64,000 nt of DNA from an uncultured Opitutaceae bacterium (GCA_967755175.1 CBRAFO010000007.1:5633-69632); one strand, 5' to 3'. Counted from the stretch's first letter, positions 10,501 through 20,565 are shown. Numbers and translations are program-made. Notes: generated by a model not told the origin, from the letters alone.

Positions 10501-13500
10501 GATGTGGGCGTCAGCACTTTTGTCGTCCGCGTCACCGACTCCTCTGGTGCGACCGATGACGCGAACCTCACCATAACGGTCACCAATGTGAACGACGCGC
10601 CGACGTGGAACGCGAACCCCACCGCCAAGCTCTCCGTCACCCAAAACATCGCCTATAGCGGAACGCTGGCGAGCGACGCCTCCGATGTGGATGTCGGCGA
10701 TACGATCTCCTTCAGCAAAGTCAGCGGCCCCTCCTGGTTGGCGGTTGCGTCCGACGGCACGCTCTCCGGCACGCCCACCTCGGCCAATGTCGGCGTGAAC
10801 AGTTTCGTCGTGCGTGTGACCGACAGCCACGGTGCGTCCAACGACGCGACCCTCACGATCTCGGTCCTAGCGCCCGCCCTGCAAACTCGCCTCCTCCTTG
10901 ACGGCTCCTCCTCTGACAGCTTGGGCGCAACCACCGCGACCCTGAGCGGCACCGCCTCGTATGGAGCCGGCGTGCTCAACCAAGCCCTCCTCCTCGACGG
11001 CACCACCAACTATCTCACGCTCGGCACGCTTTCCGGGATGGCATACAGCGATTTCACGGTCGCCACTTGGATTTATTGGAACGGCGGAAACGCCTGGCAG
11101 CGCATCTTCGATTTTGGCAACGGCACCGACGAATACATTTACCTTACGCCCTCCACGGGTTCGGCCATGCGTTTCCTCATCCGGGAAAACGGCGTGGATC
11201 AATACGTGGACACCGCTCCGATGCCCATGAACCAGTGGGTGCATGTCGCGGTTACCCTCAACGGCAGCACCGCCACGATCTACGTGAATGGCGTGGCCAA
11301 GGCGTCCAACACCGCCGTTACCAACGAACCGGCAAACATCGATTTCTCACTGAACTATATCGGTGGGAGCCATCTCTCATCCGATCCGCTTCTTAATGGG
11401 CGGATCGACGACTTCCGGCTCTACAACTACGCGCTCAGCGCCTCGGAAGTCGCCGCACTGTTGAGCGGCATTCCCGCGCTCACGCCGACAGGCCTCCTTG
11501 CCGTTCCCGCGTCCAGCAAAGTCACGCTGACCTGGAACACCAGCGCCACGGCGCAGAGCTACAGCGTCAAGCGCGGCACCACCAGCGGCGGGTCCTACAC
11601 CACCATCGCCTCGGGTCTGACCGCCACCAGCTACACGGACACGACTAGCCTCTCCGTCGGCGTCACCTACTACTACGTCGTCTCGGCTACCAACTCCCTC
11701 GGGGAAAGCGCCGACTCCGATGAAGACAGTGTCGTCCTTTCCGATCTTATTGCCTACCTCAAGTTGAACGAGGCCTCCGGCACCACCGCCGCCGACTCCA
11801 GCGGCAATGGTTTCGACGCCACGCTCGTCAAGACCCCGACATGGACCTCCGGCCTCTATGGGAACGCGGTGAACCTGGCATCCGCGTCCAGCCAGTATTT
11901 GACGCTACCTTCCGGAGTGATGAACGGTCAGACCAACTTCACGATCAGCGCTTGGGTGAAACCGGCAACTTTCGCCACGTGGGCGCGTGTCTTCGACTTC
12001 GGCACAGGAACTACGAACTACATGTTCCTGACCACCCAATACACCAGCACCTCGCCAAACGGCGCCAAGCCGCGCTTTGCCATCCGCACCGCCTCCGTAA
12101 GCGAGCAGGGAATCAACAGCACCATCGCCCTCACCGCTGGCTCGTGGAACCACGTTGCCATCACGCTCTCCGGAAGCACAGCCACGCTGTATGTGAACGG
12201 CGCCGTCGCCGGAACGAACTCGGCGATGACGCTCACACCCTCGAGTCTCGGAGCCACCACGCTGAATTATATCGGAAAATCGCAATTCTCCGCCGACGCC
12301 TATCTGAACGGCGCGGTCGATGAGTTCCGCATCTACAACCGCGCGCTCACTGCGGCGGAAGTGCTCACCCAAGCCACTCCCGCCGTCACCGTTCCGGCCG
12401 GCCTGACCGCTGTTCCGAATGACGGCTACGTGGCCTTGAACTGGACTCAAACCGACGCGGCCACCTCCTACACCGTTAAACGCGCCACCGTCAGCGGCGG
12501 ACCCTACACCACGGTCACAAACGGCTCGGCCGTGACCGCCACCACCTTCCTCGACACCGGCCTGACCAACGGCACCACTTATTATTACGTGGTCAGCGCC
12601 ACCAACTGGCTCGGCTCAAGCGCCGACTCCTCAGAAGCGTTCGGCATTCCCTACGCGATTTCCTGGTTCGGCCAGGATATTGGCGCCGTGGCCGCCACGG
12701 GAAGCAGCAGCTACTCGACCGGAACCTACACGGTGATCGGTTCCGGGGCCGATATCTGGGGCACGGCGGACGAGTTTTATTTCCGCAGCATGCTGGTCGG
12801 TGGTGACTGCAGCATCACCGCTCGGGTGGTGAGCGTGCAAAACACCAACGTCTGGGCCAAAGCCGGCGTGATGATTCGGAGTTCGCTGGCGGCCAACGCT
12901 TCGAACGCCACCGTCTTGGTCGCCCCGACGACCGCTAACGGCGTCACATGGCAGACGCGGACGACCGACGGTGGAACCTCCGCCAGCACCAACACCACCG
13001 GCATTGCTCCCTCTTATTGGGTGCGATTGGTCCGAGCCGGCAGCACGCTCCAAGGCTACCGCTCGGCGGACGGAGCGACCTGGGTTTCCACCGGCAGCGC
13101 GACCATTGCCATGAACACCAATGTTTACATGGGACTGGCCGTGACCAGCCACGCCGACGGCACGCTCTGCACGGCGACCTTCGATAACGTCACTCTGGTC
13201 TGGCTCCCCGCCGCTCCCGCCGCCCTCACGGCTACCGCTGGCTACCAAACCGCGTCACTCAGCTGGACTGCTTCCGACGGTGCGACTTCCTACAACATCA
13301 AGCGCGCGCTCGTCAGCGGAGGACCTTACACCGTCGTGGCCACGGGGGTAAGTGCGCTCAGTTACGTGGACGCCAATCTCACGGGCGGCACGACTTACTA
13401 TTATGTGGTCTCACCCGTGAACGCGGCCGGCGAAGGTGCCGATTCGCCGGAGGCATCCGTCACGCCCATGAGCCCCAGCCTGACCGTCACTTTCAACTCC

Positions 13501-15303
13501 GTCGCCGCGCAAGACGGCTATATTCGCGAGTCCAGTGAGACGAGCAACGTGGGAGGCACGATCACTTCAACCAGCCTCCGCATCGGCGACGACTCGTCGG
13601 ACCGGCAATACAAGGCGATCCTTTCGTTTGATACCTCCTCTATTCCCGACGACGCGACCGTCATCTCGGCGACCCTGAAGATGCGGCGCTCAGGAGGCAG
13701 CGGAACCGATCCATTCACGACCCACGGGTCATGTTATGTTGATGTCAAATCGGGCAGCGGCTACTCCGCGAGCACCACCTTGGAAGCCGGGGATTTTCAA
13801 GCTGCGGCCGATGCCGCCGCTGTGGCGACGATGAGCGATGCCGCCTCCACGGGGGCTTGGTCCACCGGCACCCTGAACACGGCCGGCCGGGGATTGATCA
13901 ACAAGACAGGCACCACGCAGCTTCGCGTTTACTTCTCTCTGGACGACAACGACGACCTCGGAAACGACTACGTGAGCTTCAACTCGGGCGAGGATTCCGC
14001 CAGCGGCTATGCGCCGGTGCTGGAGGTGATCTATACCCAGGATGCTCCGAGCACGCTGCCCAAGGTTCTCCTGCATTTCGATGAGACCAGCGGCACGACC
14101 GCCACGGATTCATCGGGTTATGGCTGGGCCGGAACTCTGGTGAACGGTCCCACGTGGACGACCGGTAAATTCGCCAGCGCCGTAAGCTTAGACGGCACTG
14201 ATGATCACGTCACCTTGCCCGCCGGCGTCGTCAGCACGCTCAACGACTGCACGATCTCCGCTTGGGTGAAGCTGAACAGCGCGACTGCCTGGACGCGCAT
14301 TTTCGATTTCGGCACCGGCACGTCGAATTACATGTTCCTGACGCCCACCAACGGCTCCGGCGTTCGCTTCGCGATTAAGACCACGCCTTCCGTTGAACAA
14401 GTGATCACGGGTAACGTCGCGATCTCCTCCGGCACCTGGACGCACGTGGCCGTGGTCCTCTCCGGCTCGACCGGGACTCTCTACGTCAACGGCGTGTCCG
14501 TGGGCACCAACACCGCGATGACGCTCAAGCCCTCCAGCCTCGGTGCCACGACGTTGAACTACCTCGGTAGGTCGCAGTTCTCCGCCGATCCGTATCTCAA
14601 CGGCGCGATCGATGAGTTCCAGATCCACGGCTACGCGATGAGCGTCTCCGAGATCACCGCGCTCGCCACGCCGCCAGCGGCCCCCGCCGGGCTCACTGCC
14701 ACCGCCGGCGACGCTCAAGTCGCGATTGTTTGGACTGCCGCGACGCGCGCCACCGGCTACAACCTCAAGCGCGCCACCACCAGCGGCGGCTCTTATACGA
14801 CGGCGGCCTCCGGCGTGACGACGACTGCGTTCAGTGACTCCGGACTGACCAACGGCACGACCTATTATTACGTCGTCAGTGCGATCAACGCCATCGGCGA
14901 GAGCGCCAATTCCACGGAAACCAGCGCACGGCCGCTCTCCGCTGTGCAAACGTGGCGGCAAACCTATTTCGGCACGATCGACAATACTGGCACCGCCGCC
15001 GACACGTCTGACCCGGATGGCGATGGTTGGACCAACGCCCAGGAATTCATCACCGGCACCGATCCCACGAACGCCTCCAGCACGCTGAAAATCAGCCAGC
15101 TCCAAGTCGGTGTAAACGACATCGTCGTGAGTTTCCAAACCGTGCTCGGAAAGACCTACCGTATCGAACGCTCCGATACCCTAGCGACGGGCTCATGGAC
15201 GACCGTGCAGGCGAACATTGCCGGCACCGGTAGCACGGTGCAGGTCACCGACGCCAATGGAGCGCTCCAGCCCAAGCGCTTCTACCGGCTCGTCGTGCCG
15301 TAG
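7543..15303 (+). CDS. 2586-aa modular secreted protein: unknown N-domain, alginate-lyase-fold domain, 5 FN3, 4 LamG, 2 Ig/He_PIG-like, ConA/DUF1349-like, DNRLRE-like, C-terminal sorting-like domain
   Basis: FVHPGALHT..DFDRM, NWD, GRDQPH, YELVYNHY lyase motifs; W.R.FDFG..YM.L LamG repeats; KR.T.SGG.Y..YYYVVSA FN3 repeats; DPDGDGWTNAQEF..FYRL end. Confidence 0.85.
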   Translation: MIARPMHRPRPGALFLLGSLLLAAASMQAHPLTSNATMSYSSSLPSGGATSISNWSGAAFDAANIGGSGTNADGSPNNGTANDASTYVANGLPAQGQVFTTGSNANGYDVTGFTVRMTGYTSNTATSANYTSWDLNAYNGPIIAEIGKVSGTTTYATIFKEYYIAGGVGSPGAGSSANGPGTYITFNLPSPVHLEPNTTYGFDLVIGDGSNSFEWLGTSTDPYSGGTAYTRSGATITPLSGDRVFMVNMTASAAAYTPFVHPGALHTQADFDRMTTKVGTSTEPWISDYTTLTNSPYAQTSWSPYDTDYINRGGSAANNYTRSQQDAQAIYELALRWKLTGNTAYADRAVVIANVWSGLLGVTGDTNQALAGGICGYLFGTGGELLSTYSGWAAADKQAYKDMMMRVFYPANFGFLWLHFGTPTSKGGNTHYRLNWDAANIASMAAIGILCDNKAVYQQALNFFKYGPSNGRVERAVWYIHPDGMGQTEEIGRDQPHNMDGWYSFSLLCQMAWNQGDDLFGYDNNRVLRAFEMNAKYNLGYGVSWVYHRNTDLSYTETVADGSAFLPLYELVYNHYANVKGIDAPYSKLAMAALRPEPRPDTSIHPSQVDWLGLGSLTFARDAIATGTAPSGLAANWSKNQVGLYWWGTATATGYNIKRSTTSGGPYTTLATTGTLNLNYSDTSVANSGTYYYVVSANTPSGETANSAEVMVTHALVSQYTFENTFNDVIGTRHATAIGGSTGATGFATGKSGQAASFDGVDDYVQLPVGSGNYQDITIAAWVYWNGGNAWQRVFDFGSEIEKYMMLTVKDGSGKLDFQMTTSRGTDGTLTLVGPTMPTATWTHVAITLNGDTATMYVNGLPVASATADKVDPLFGQPFCYLGKSMWNGDPLFSGRIDDFRIYNYALTGSSVYTLWGGGGTNSAPAFTSNPITKPGATEDTAYTGSTLAGDATDANGGTLTFAKVTGPSWLTIASTGALSGTPTNSDVGVSTFVVRVTDSSGATDDANLTITVTNVNDAPTWNANPTAKLSVTQNIAYSGTLASDASDVDVGDTISFSKVSGPSWLAVASDGTLSGTPTSANVGVNSFVVRVTDSHGASNDATLTISVLAPALQTRLLLDGSSSDSLGATTATLSGTASYGAGVLNQALLLDGTTNYLTLGTLSGMAYSDFTVATWIYWNGGNAWQRIFDFGNGTDEYIYLTPSTGSAMRFLIRENGVDQYVDTAPMPMNQWVHVAVTLNGSTATIYVNGVAKASNTAVTNEPANIDFSLNYIGGSHLSSDPLLNGRIDDFRLYNYALSASEVAALLSGIPALTPTGLLAVPASSKVTLTWNTSATAQSYSVKRGTTSGGSYTTIASGLTATSYTDTTSLSVGVTYYYVVSATNSLGESADSDEDSVVLSDLIAYLKLNEASGTTAADSSGNGFDATLVKTPTWTSGLYGNAVNLASASSQYLTLPSGVMNGQTNFTISAWVKPATFATWARVFDFGTGTTNYMFLTTQYTSTSPNGAKPRFAIRTASVSEQGINSTIALTAGSWNHVAITLSGSTATLYVNGAVAGTNSAMTLTPSSLGATTLNYIGKSQFSADAYLNGAVDEFRIYNRALTAAEVLTQATPAVTVPAGLTAVPNDGYVALNWTQTDAATSYTVKRATVSGGPYTTVTNGSAVTATTFLDTGLTNGTTYYYVVSATNWLGSSADSSEAFGIPYAISWFGQDIGAVAATGSSSYSTGTYTVIGSGADIWGTADEFYFRSMLVGGDCSITARVVSVQNTNVWAKAGVMIRSSLAANASNATVLVAPTTANGVTWQTRTTDGGTSASTNTTGIAPSYWVRLVRAGSTLQGYRSADGATWVSTGSATIAMNTNVYMGLAVTSHADGTLCTATFDNVTLVWLPAAPAALTATAGYQTASLSWTASDGATSYNIKRALVSGGPYTVVATGVSALSYVDANLTGGTTYYYVVSPVNAAGEGADSPEASVTPMSPSLTVTFNSVAAQDGYIRESSETSNVGGTITSTSLRIGDDSSDRQYKAILSFDTSSIPDDATVISATLKMRRSGGSGTDPFTTHGSCYVDVKSGSGYSASTTLEAGDFQAAADAAAVATMSDAASTGAWSTGTLNTAGRGLINKTGTTQLRVYFSLDDNDDLGNDYVSFNSGEDSASGYAPVLEVIYTQDAPSTLPKVLLHFDETSGTTATDSSGYGWAGTLVNGPTWTTGKFASAVSLDGTDDHVTLPAGVVSTLNDCTISAWVKLNSATAWTRIFDFGTGTSNYMFLTPTNGSGVRFAIKTTPSVEQVITGNVAISSGTWTHVAVVLSGSTGTLYVNGVSVGTNTAMTLKPSSLGATTLNYLGRSQFSADPYLNGAIDEFQIHGYAMSVSEITALATPPAAPAGLTATAGDAQVAIVWTAATRATGYNLKRATTSGGSYTTAASGVTTTAFSDSGLTNGTTYYYVVSAINAIGESANSTETSARPLSAVQTWRQTYFGTIDNTGTAADTSDPDGDGWTNAQEFITGTDPTNASSTLKISQLQVGVNDIVVSFQTVLGKTYRIERSDTLATGSWTTVQANIAGTGSTVQVTDANGALQPKRFYRLVVP

Positions 15304-15393
15304 CGCCGCCCTGGGCCCCCGAGCCCTCCCACCTTTTTTCCGCAAACGGCCCCCGCTGTCTGCGGATTGCTTCCCCCTAACCCCCATACCCCC

Positions 15394-18300
15394 ATGAATG
15401 CCTGCCCCACGCAAGGTTCGCGCCCCCGCGCGCGTTTCCTCCTCGGCGCCCTGCTCGCCTTGCTCTCTCCGCTAGCCTCCGCCGCCACGCTTACCTTCAG
15501 CACGTCCGCTCCGACTGGCGGTGCGGCTAGCACCTCCAACTGGACTGGCGCTACCTTCGACGCCGACAACGTTGGCGGCAGCGGCACCAATGCCAACGGC
15601 AGCCCCAACAACGGGTCGGCCAACGACGGCACCACCTACGTCGCCGCCGACCGCCCGGCCCAGGGACAGACCTTCACGACCGGCTCAAATGTCGGCGGCT
15701 ACACCCTCAGCGCCATCACGGTGCGCATGCAGGGCTACACCAACAATACCGCCAGCGGCTCCAACATCGGCGGCTACGATCTCAACGACACCAGTTCCAC
15801 TTTTCGTATCCGTGTCGGTCGCCTCAGCGGCACCACCTTCATTCCGCTCACTCAGGAAACCGCCGCCGCCGGCGGCACGGGAAATCCTGGTGCGGGCGCC
15901 ACGGCCAACGGCCCCGGCACCTATCTCACCTTCACGCTCAAGGCGCCCATCGTCCTTGCGCCCAACACCACCTACGCCTTCGACCTCGGCACCTCTGCCG
16001 ACCTCTTCGAGTGGCTCGGAATCCGCGACGCCGCCACCGGTGGCAACCCTTACGCGGGCGGCACCGCCTATACGTCCGGCGCCAGTGGAGTGGCCGCAGG
16101 CACGATTACCACCCAGGCCGGTGAACGCGTTTTCCAAGTTGATCTGACCACCTACACCGCGCCCGCCGCCGGCACCTTCGTTCACCCCGGCCTCCTGCAC
16201 ACCGCCGCCGATTTCGAGCGCATGCGCACCAAGGTGGCGCTCGGCCAGGAGCCGTGGGCGACTGCCTACGCGAACCTCGCCGCGAGCTGGATGGGCTCGC
16301 AGACCGCTTGGACTCCGCGTGCCCAGGCCACCATCATTCGCGGTGACACCAACAACACGACGCTCGTCGCCAACGACATCGTCGTCGCCTACGGCTCGAT
16401 CCTGCGCTGGAAAATCTCCGGCGACATCGCCTACGCCGATAACGCGGTCAATATTTGTAACAAGTGGAGTTCGACCCTCACCGGTCTCGACGGCGACACT
16501 AACATCGCGCTGATCAGCCTTAACGCCTACCAGTTCGCCATCGTCGGCGAAATGCTGCGCACCTACCCCGGCTGGTCATCCACCGATTTCGCGGCCTTCC
16601 AGACGATGATGAAGGGCATCTTTTACCAGAACGCTAACAACTTCCTGACGACTCACTGGGGCACCTGTTACTCGCACTACTGGGCCAACTGGGACCTCGC
16701 CACGATCAACGCGATCTACGCCATCGGCGTGCTCTGCGATGACTCCACTCTCACCAACCAGGCACTCACTTATTTTTACGACGGCGTCGGGGCCGGCTGC
16801 ATCGATCGCCTGGTGAATTTCCTCCACCCCGGCTATCTCGGCCAGGTCCAGGAAACCGGACGCGACCAAGGCCACTGCACCCTGGATATCTCGCTCATCG
16901 GACCCTTTTGCGAAATGGCCTGGGATCAAGGTATCGACCTCTACAGCTACAACAACAACCGCGTCCTCGCCGGCGCCGAATACGTCGCCAAATACAACCT
17001 TAACAGTGACGTCCCCTTCGCCGTTTACGGCAATTGCGAAGGATGGCGCATGACCGCGCCCTCCGACGCCAGTCGCGGCACCCAGCGCCCCGGCTGGGAT
17101 CTGCTCTACAACCACTACGTCAACCGCAAGGGCCTCGCCGCTCCCTACACCAAGGCCTTCGCCGACCAGATGCGCCCCAGCGGTTACTACAACATGGACC
17201 AGCCGCCCTTTGACACGCTCACCGCCACGCTCGATCCCATCGCCACCGGCGCTAATCCCAGTGGGCTGACCTCCATCGTCACCGCGCAGCAGCCCGTCCT
17301 CTCCTGGTGGGGCTCCGCCTACGCCACGAGCTACAACGTCAAACGCGCCACCACCTCGGGCGGCAGCTACACGACCATCGCCACCGGTGTGACCACCAAC
17401 ACCTACACCGACACCTCGGTCGTCACCGGCACGACCTACTACTACGTCGTCTCCGCCACCACCGCCTCCGGTGAGACGGGTAACTCCAACGAGACCTCCG
17501 CCATCATCGGCACCTCACTGGTTGCCCGGTTGAAATTCGACGAGACCAGCGGCACCTCGGCCGCTGACTCCACCGGCAACGGCTGGACCGGCACCCTCGT
17601 CAACACCCCGACCTGGTCCACCGGCAACATTGGCAACGCCGTCTCCCTCGCCAGCGCCTCCAGCCAATACGTGACCCTCCCGTCCGGCGTGGTCTCCGAC
17701 CTCTCCGACTTCAGCATCTCCACTTGGGTTTACCTGAACTCCGTGAGCACCTGGGCGCGCATTTTTGATTTCGGCACCGGCGCCGAACGCTATCTGTATC
17801 TCTGCCCCAAGGCCGGCTCCGGCAAGGTGCGCTTCGCCATCTCCAACTCCGGCAACTACGGAGAGGAAGGTATCGACGGCGATGCCGCCCTTCCTTCAGG
17901 GCAGTGGGTCCACGTGGCCGTCACCCTGAGCGGCACCACCGGATCCCTCTACGTCAACGGCCGGCTCGTCGGACAGACCACCGGCATGGCCTTCGCCCCC
18001 AAGCGCCTCCCATCGACCAGCCTCAACTACATCGGCAAGTCGCAGTTCTCCGATCCCTATCTCAATGGAAAGGTGGATGACTTCCGCATCTACCGCGGCG
18101 CGCTTACTCTCGCCGATGTCCAGACCCTCGCCGCCACCGGCATCGCCCACCTGAAGTTCGACGAAACCACCGGCACCACCGCCATCGACTCCACCCGAAA
18201 CGGCTGGACCGGCACCCTCGTCAACGGACCGACCTGGACCACCGGCACTCTTGCCAATGCGGTCTCCTTCGACGGTTCCAACGACTACGTGACCCTCCCT

Positions 18301-20196
18301 GCGGGCGTCGTGAACGGGCTCACCACCTGCACGCTCACCAGTTGGGTTTATCTCAACTCCGTCACCGCGTGGACCCGCGTCTTTGACTTCGGCACCGGCA
18401 CGACGAACTACATGTTCCTCACACCGAAGAACGGCTCCCCCAATAAGGTGCGCTTCGCCATCCGCACGGCGTCCACCTCCGAGCAGGTCATCGACAGCAC
18501 TTCGGCAATCACCGCCGCCGGCTGGCACCACGTCGCCGTGACCCTCAACGGCGCCACCGGCACGCTCTATGTGGACGGCGCGCAAGCAGGGCAGAACACT
18601 GCAATGACGCTCAACCCGTCCTCGCTCGGCTCGACCACCCTGAACTACCTCGGGAAGTCCCAGTTCTCCGCCGATCCCTACCTCAATGGCAAAGTGGACG
18701 ACTTCCACATCTACGGCACCGTCCTCACCGCCGCTCAGATCTCCAGCCTCTACGCCGGGCTCGCCAATCCTACGGTGACGGTCACCGCCGGCGACACTCA
18801 GAACGCTCTCAGCTGGACCGCCGTCACCAACGCCACCACCTACCTCGTCATGCGCTCCACTGTTTCCGGCGGCCCTTACACCGTCGTCGCCAGCGGCCTC
18901 ACCGGCACGAGCTACACCGACACCGGTCTGACCAACGGCGTCACGTATTACTACGTCGTCATCGCGCAAAACTCCTTCGCCCAAAGCTCCGGCTCGACCC
19001 AGACGAGCGGCTACCCCGTGCCGCCCGTCCCCGCCGCACCCACTGGCCTAGGAGGCATCGGCTGGAACGGCGCGGTGGATCTCAGTTGGACAGCCTCCAG
19101 CACCGCGACCGCCTACAACGTCAAACGCGCCACCACCTCCGGCGGCAGCTACACCACGCTCGCCAGCGGTGTGACGACGACCACCTACTCCGACACCACC
19201 GCGGTGGACGGCACCACCTACTACTACGTCGTCTCCGGCACCAACCTCGGTGGCGAAAGTTCGAATTCCGCCGAAGCCTCCGTGATCTTCACCCAGCCGA
19301 AAGCCTGGCTGAAGTTCGACGAGACCAGTGGCACCTCCGCGGCCGACGCGTCGGGCAACAGTTGGACCGGCACCCTCGTCAACGGCCCGACATGGAGCGC
19401 CGGCCGCAGCAACAACACCGTCGATCTGGACGGCTCCAACGACTACGTGACCCTGCCATCCGGCGTGGTGAACGGCCTCACCACGTGCACGCTCATGGCT
19501 TGGGTGGACCTGGACGCGATTGCGAACTGGGCGCGCGTCTTCGATTTCGGCACGGGCACGACCAACTACATGTTCCTCACCGTGAAAAACGGCTCCGCCG
19601 GCAAGGTGCGCTTTGCCATTCGCACCGCATCGGTGCCCGAGCAGGTCATTGATGGCACAGCGTTGCCCATCGGCGGTTGGCATCATGTGGCCATTACGCT
19701 CAATGGCGCAACCGGCACGCTCTATTTGGATGGCGTGCAGGCGGGCCAGAACACCGTGATGACGCTTACGCCTTCGAGCCTTGGAAACACCACGCTCAAC
19801 TATATCGGCAAGTCGCAGTTCAGCGCCGATCCGTATCTGACGGGCCGTGTGGACGAGTTCCGCATCTATAGCCGCGTCCTGAGTGCCACGGAGATCGCCT
19901 CGCTCATTGCGACCAGTCCGGCCGGCTTGGTTTCCGCGCCCGCCACGCTCACCGCGACCGCCGGCACCACCCAGGTGGCGCTGAGCTGGGGATCGGTATC
20001 CACCGCCACGAGCTATGACGTGATGCGCGCGACCGCCAGCGGCGGCCTCTACACGGCCGTGACCACTGGACTCACGACCACGAGTTATACCGACACCGGG
20101 CTCACCACCGGCACGACCTACTACTACGTGATCATTGCGCGCAGCTCGACCAGTGAGAGCCCCAACTCTCCCGTCGCTTCCGCCACCGCGCAGTAA
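15394..20196 (+). CDS. Paralogous modular secreted protein: unknown N-domain, alginate-lyase-fold domain, 4 FN3, 3 LamG
   Basis: FVHPGLLHT..DFERM, HYWANWD, QETGRDQGH, RPGWDLLYNHY; repeats as in upstream paralog; ATG 15394 precedes signal peptide. Confidence 0.85.
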   Translation: MNACPTQGSRPRARFLLGALLALLSPLASAATLTFSTSAPTGGAASTSNWTGATFDADNVGGSGTNANGSPNNGSANDGTTYVAADRPAQGQTFTTGSNVGGYTLSAITVRMQGYTNNTASGSNIGGYDLNDTSSTFRIRVGRLSGTTFIPLTQETAAAGGTGNPGAGATANGPGTYLTFTLKAPIVLAPNTTYAFDLGTSADLFEWLGIRDAATGGNPYAGGTAYTSGASGVAAGTITTQAGERVFQVDLTTYTAPAAGTFVHPGLLHTAADFERMRTKVALGQEPWATAYANLAASWMGSQTAWTPRAQATIIRGDTNNTTLVANDIVVAYGSILRWKISGDIAYADNAVNICNKWSSTLTGLDGDTNIALISLNAYQFAIVGEMLRTYPGWSSTDFAAFQTMMKGIFYQNANNFLTTHWGTCYSHYWANWDLATINAIYAIGVLCDDSTLTNQALTYFYDGVGAGCIDRLVNFLHPGYLGQVQETGRDQGHCTLDISLIGPFCEMAWDQGIDLYSYNNNRVLAGAEYVAKYNLNSDVPFAVYGNCEGWRMTAPSDASRGTQRPGWDLLYNHYVNRKGLAAPYTKAFADQMRPSGYYNMDQPPFDTLTATLDPIATGANPSGLTSIVTAQQPVLSWWGSAYATSYNVKRATTSGGSYTTIATGVTTNTYTDTSVVTGTTYYYVVSATTASGETGNSNETSAIIGTSLVARLKFDETSGTSAADSTGNGWTGTLVNTPTWSTGNIGNAVSLASASSQYVTLPSGVVSDLSDFSISTWVYLNSVSTWARIFDFGTGAERYLYLCPKAGSGKVRFAISNSGNYGEEGIDGDAALPSGQWVHVAVTLSGTTGSLYVNGRLVGQTTGMAFAPKRLPSTSLNYIGKSQFSDPYLNGKVDDFRIYRGALTLADVQTLAATGIAHLKFDETTGTTAIDSTRNGWTGTLVNGPTWTTGTLANAVSFDGSNDYVTLPAGVVNGLTTCTLTSWVYLNSVTAWTRVFDFGTGTTNYMFLTPKNGSPNKVRFAIRTASTSEQVIDSTSAITAAGWHHVAVTLNGATGTLYVDGAQAGQNTAMTLNPSSLGSTTLNYLGKSQFSADPYLNGKVDDFHIYGTVLTAAQISSLYAGLANPTVTVTAGDTQNALSWTAVTNATTYLVMRSTVSGGPYTVVASGLTGTSYTDTGLTNGVTYYYVVIAQNSFAQSSGSTQTSGYPVPPVPAAPTGLGGIGWNGAVDLSWTASSTATAYNVKRATTSGGSYTTLASGVTTTTYSDTTAVDGTTYYYVVSGTNLGGESSNSAEASVIFTQPKAWLKFDETSGTSAADASGNSWTGTLVNGPTWSAGRSNNTVDLDGSNDYVTLPSGVVNGLTTCTLMAWVDLDAIANWARVFDFGTGTTNYMFLTVKNGSAGKVRFAIRTASVPEQVIDGTALPIGGWHHVAITLNGATGTLYLDGVQAGQNTVMTLTPSSLGNTTLNYIGKSQFSADPYLTGRVDEFRIYSRVLSATEIASLIATSPAGLVSAPATLTATAGTTQVALSWGSVSTATSYDVMRATASGGLYTAVTTGLTTTSYTDTGLTTGTTYYYVIIARSSTSESPNSPVASATAQ

Positions 20197-20204
20197 ATAC
20201 GCGC

Positions 20205-20239
20205 AGCCCGCCACTCGACTCCGTGTGGCGGGCTTTTTT
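20205..20239 (+). terminator. Rho-independent terminator
   Basis: agcccgccac-N10-gtggcgggct followed by a T run, just after stop 20196. Confidence 0.85.
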
Positions 20240-20461
20240 CGTCAAAGTGTCACCGGCGCCCCCCGCCGGCGAACCAGCGGCTCATGATCGCCCACCGACA
20301 AACATCATCGGTGACGAGATCGGCGCCCCGCCCGTCCGGGCCGGTGGTTGCCTCTCAGTTTCATTCCTGAAAGATCATGAAAACTAACAAAACACGGCCA
20401 GTCCCCATGAATCGCCGCCTCCATGGATCGCCGTCCTCCCGACCAAGGCGGGGGGGATCGG

Positions 20462-20487
20462 GTAGGGCGCGGACTCCGCTCCGCGCC
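20462..20487 (+). repeat. GTAG-type REP-like palindrome (single copy seen)
   Basis: GTAG followed directly by ggcgcgga-ctccgc-tccgcgcc perfect 8-bp stem, intergenic. Confidence 0.4.
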
Positions 20488-20565
20488 TTCCCTCATTCCT
20501 CACCGCCACGGCCCGACTACTGCTGCCCTGTTGCCAACCTCGTCCAAGCCGTTCAACTTCTCTCC

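Noticed and set aside
20377-20565. N-terminal extension of the antitoxin ORF
   Set aside because: Low-complexity reading through hairpins; the family-like sequence begins at ATG 20566
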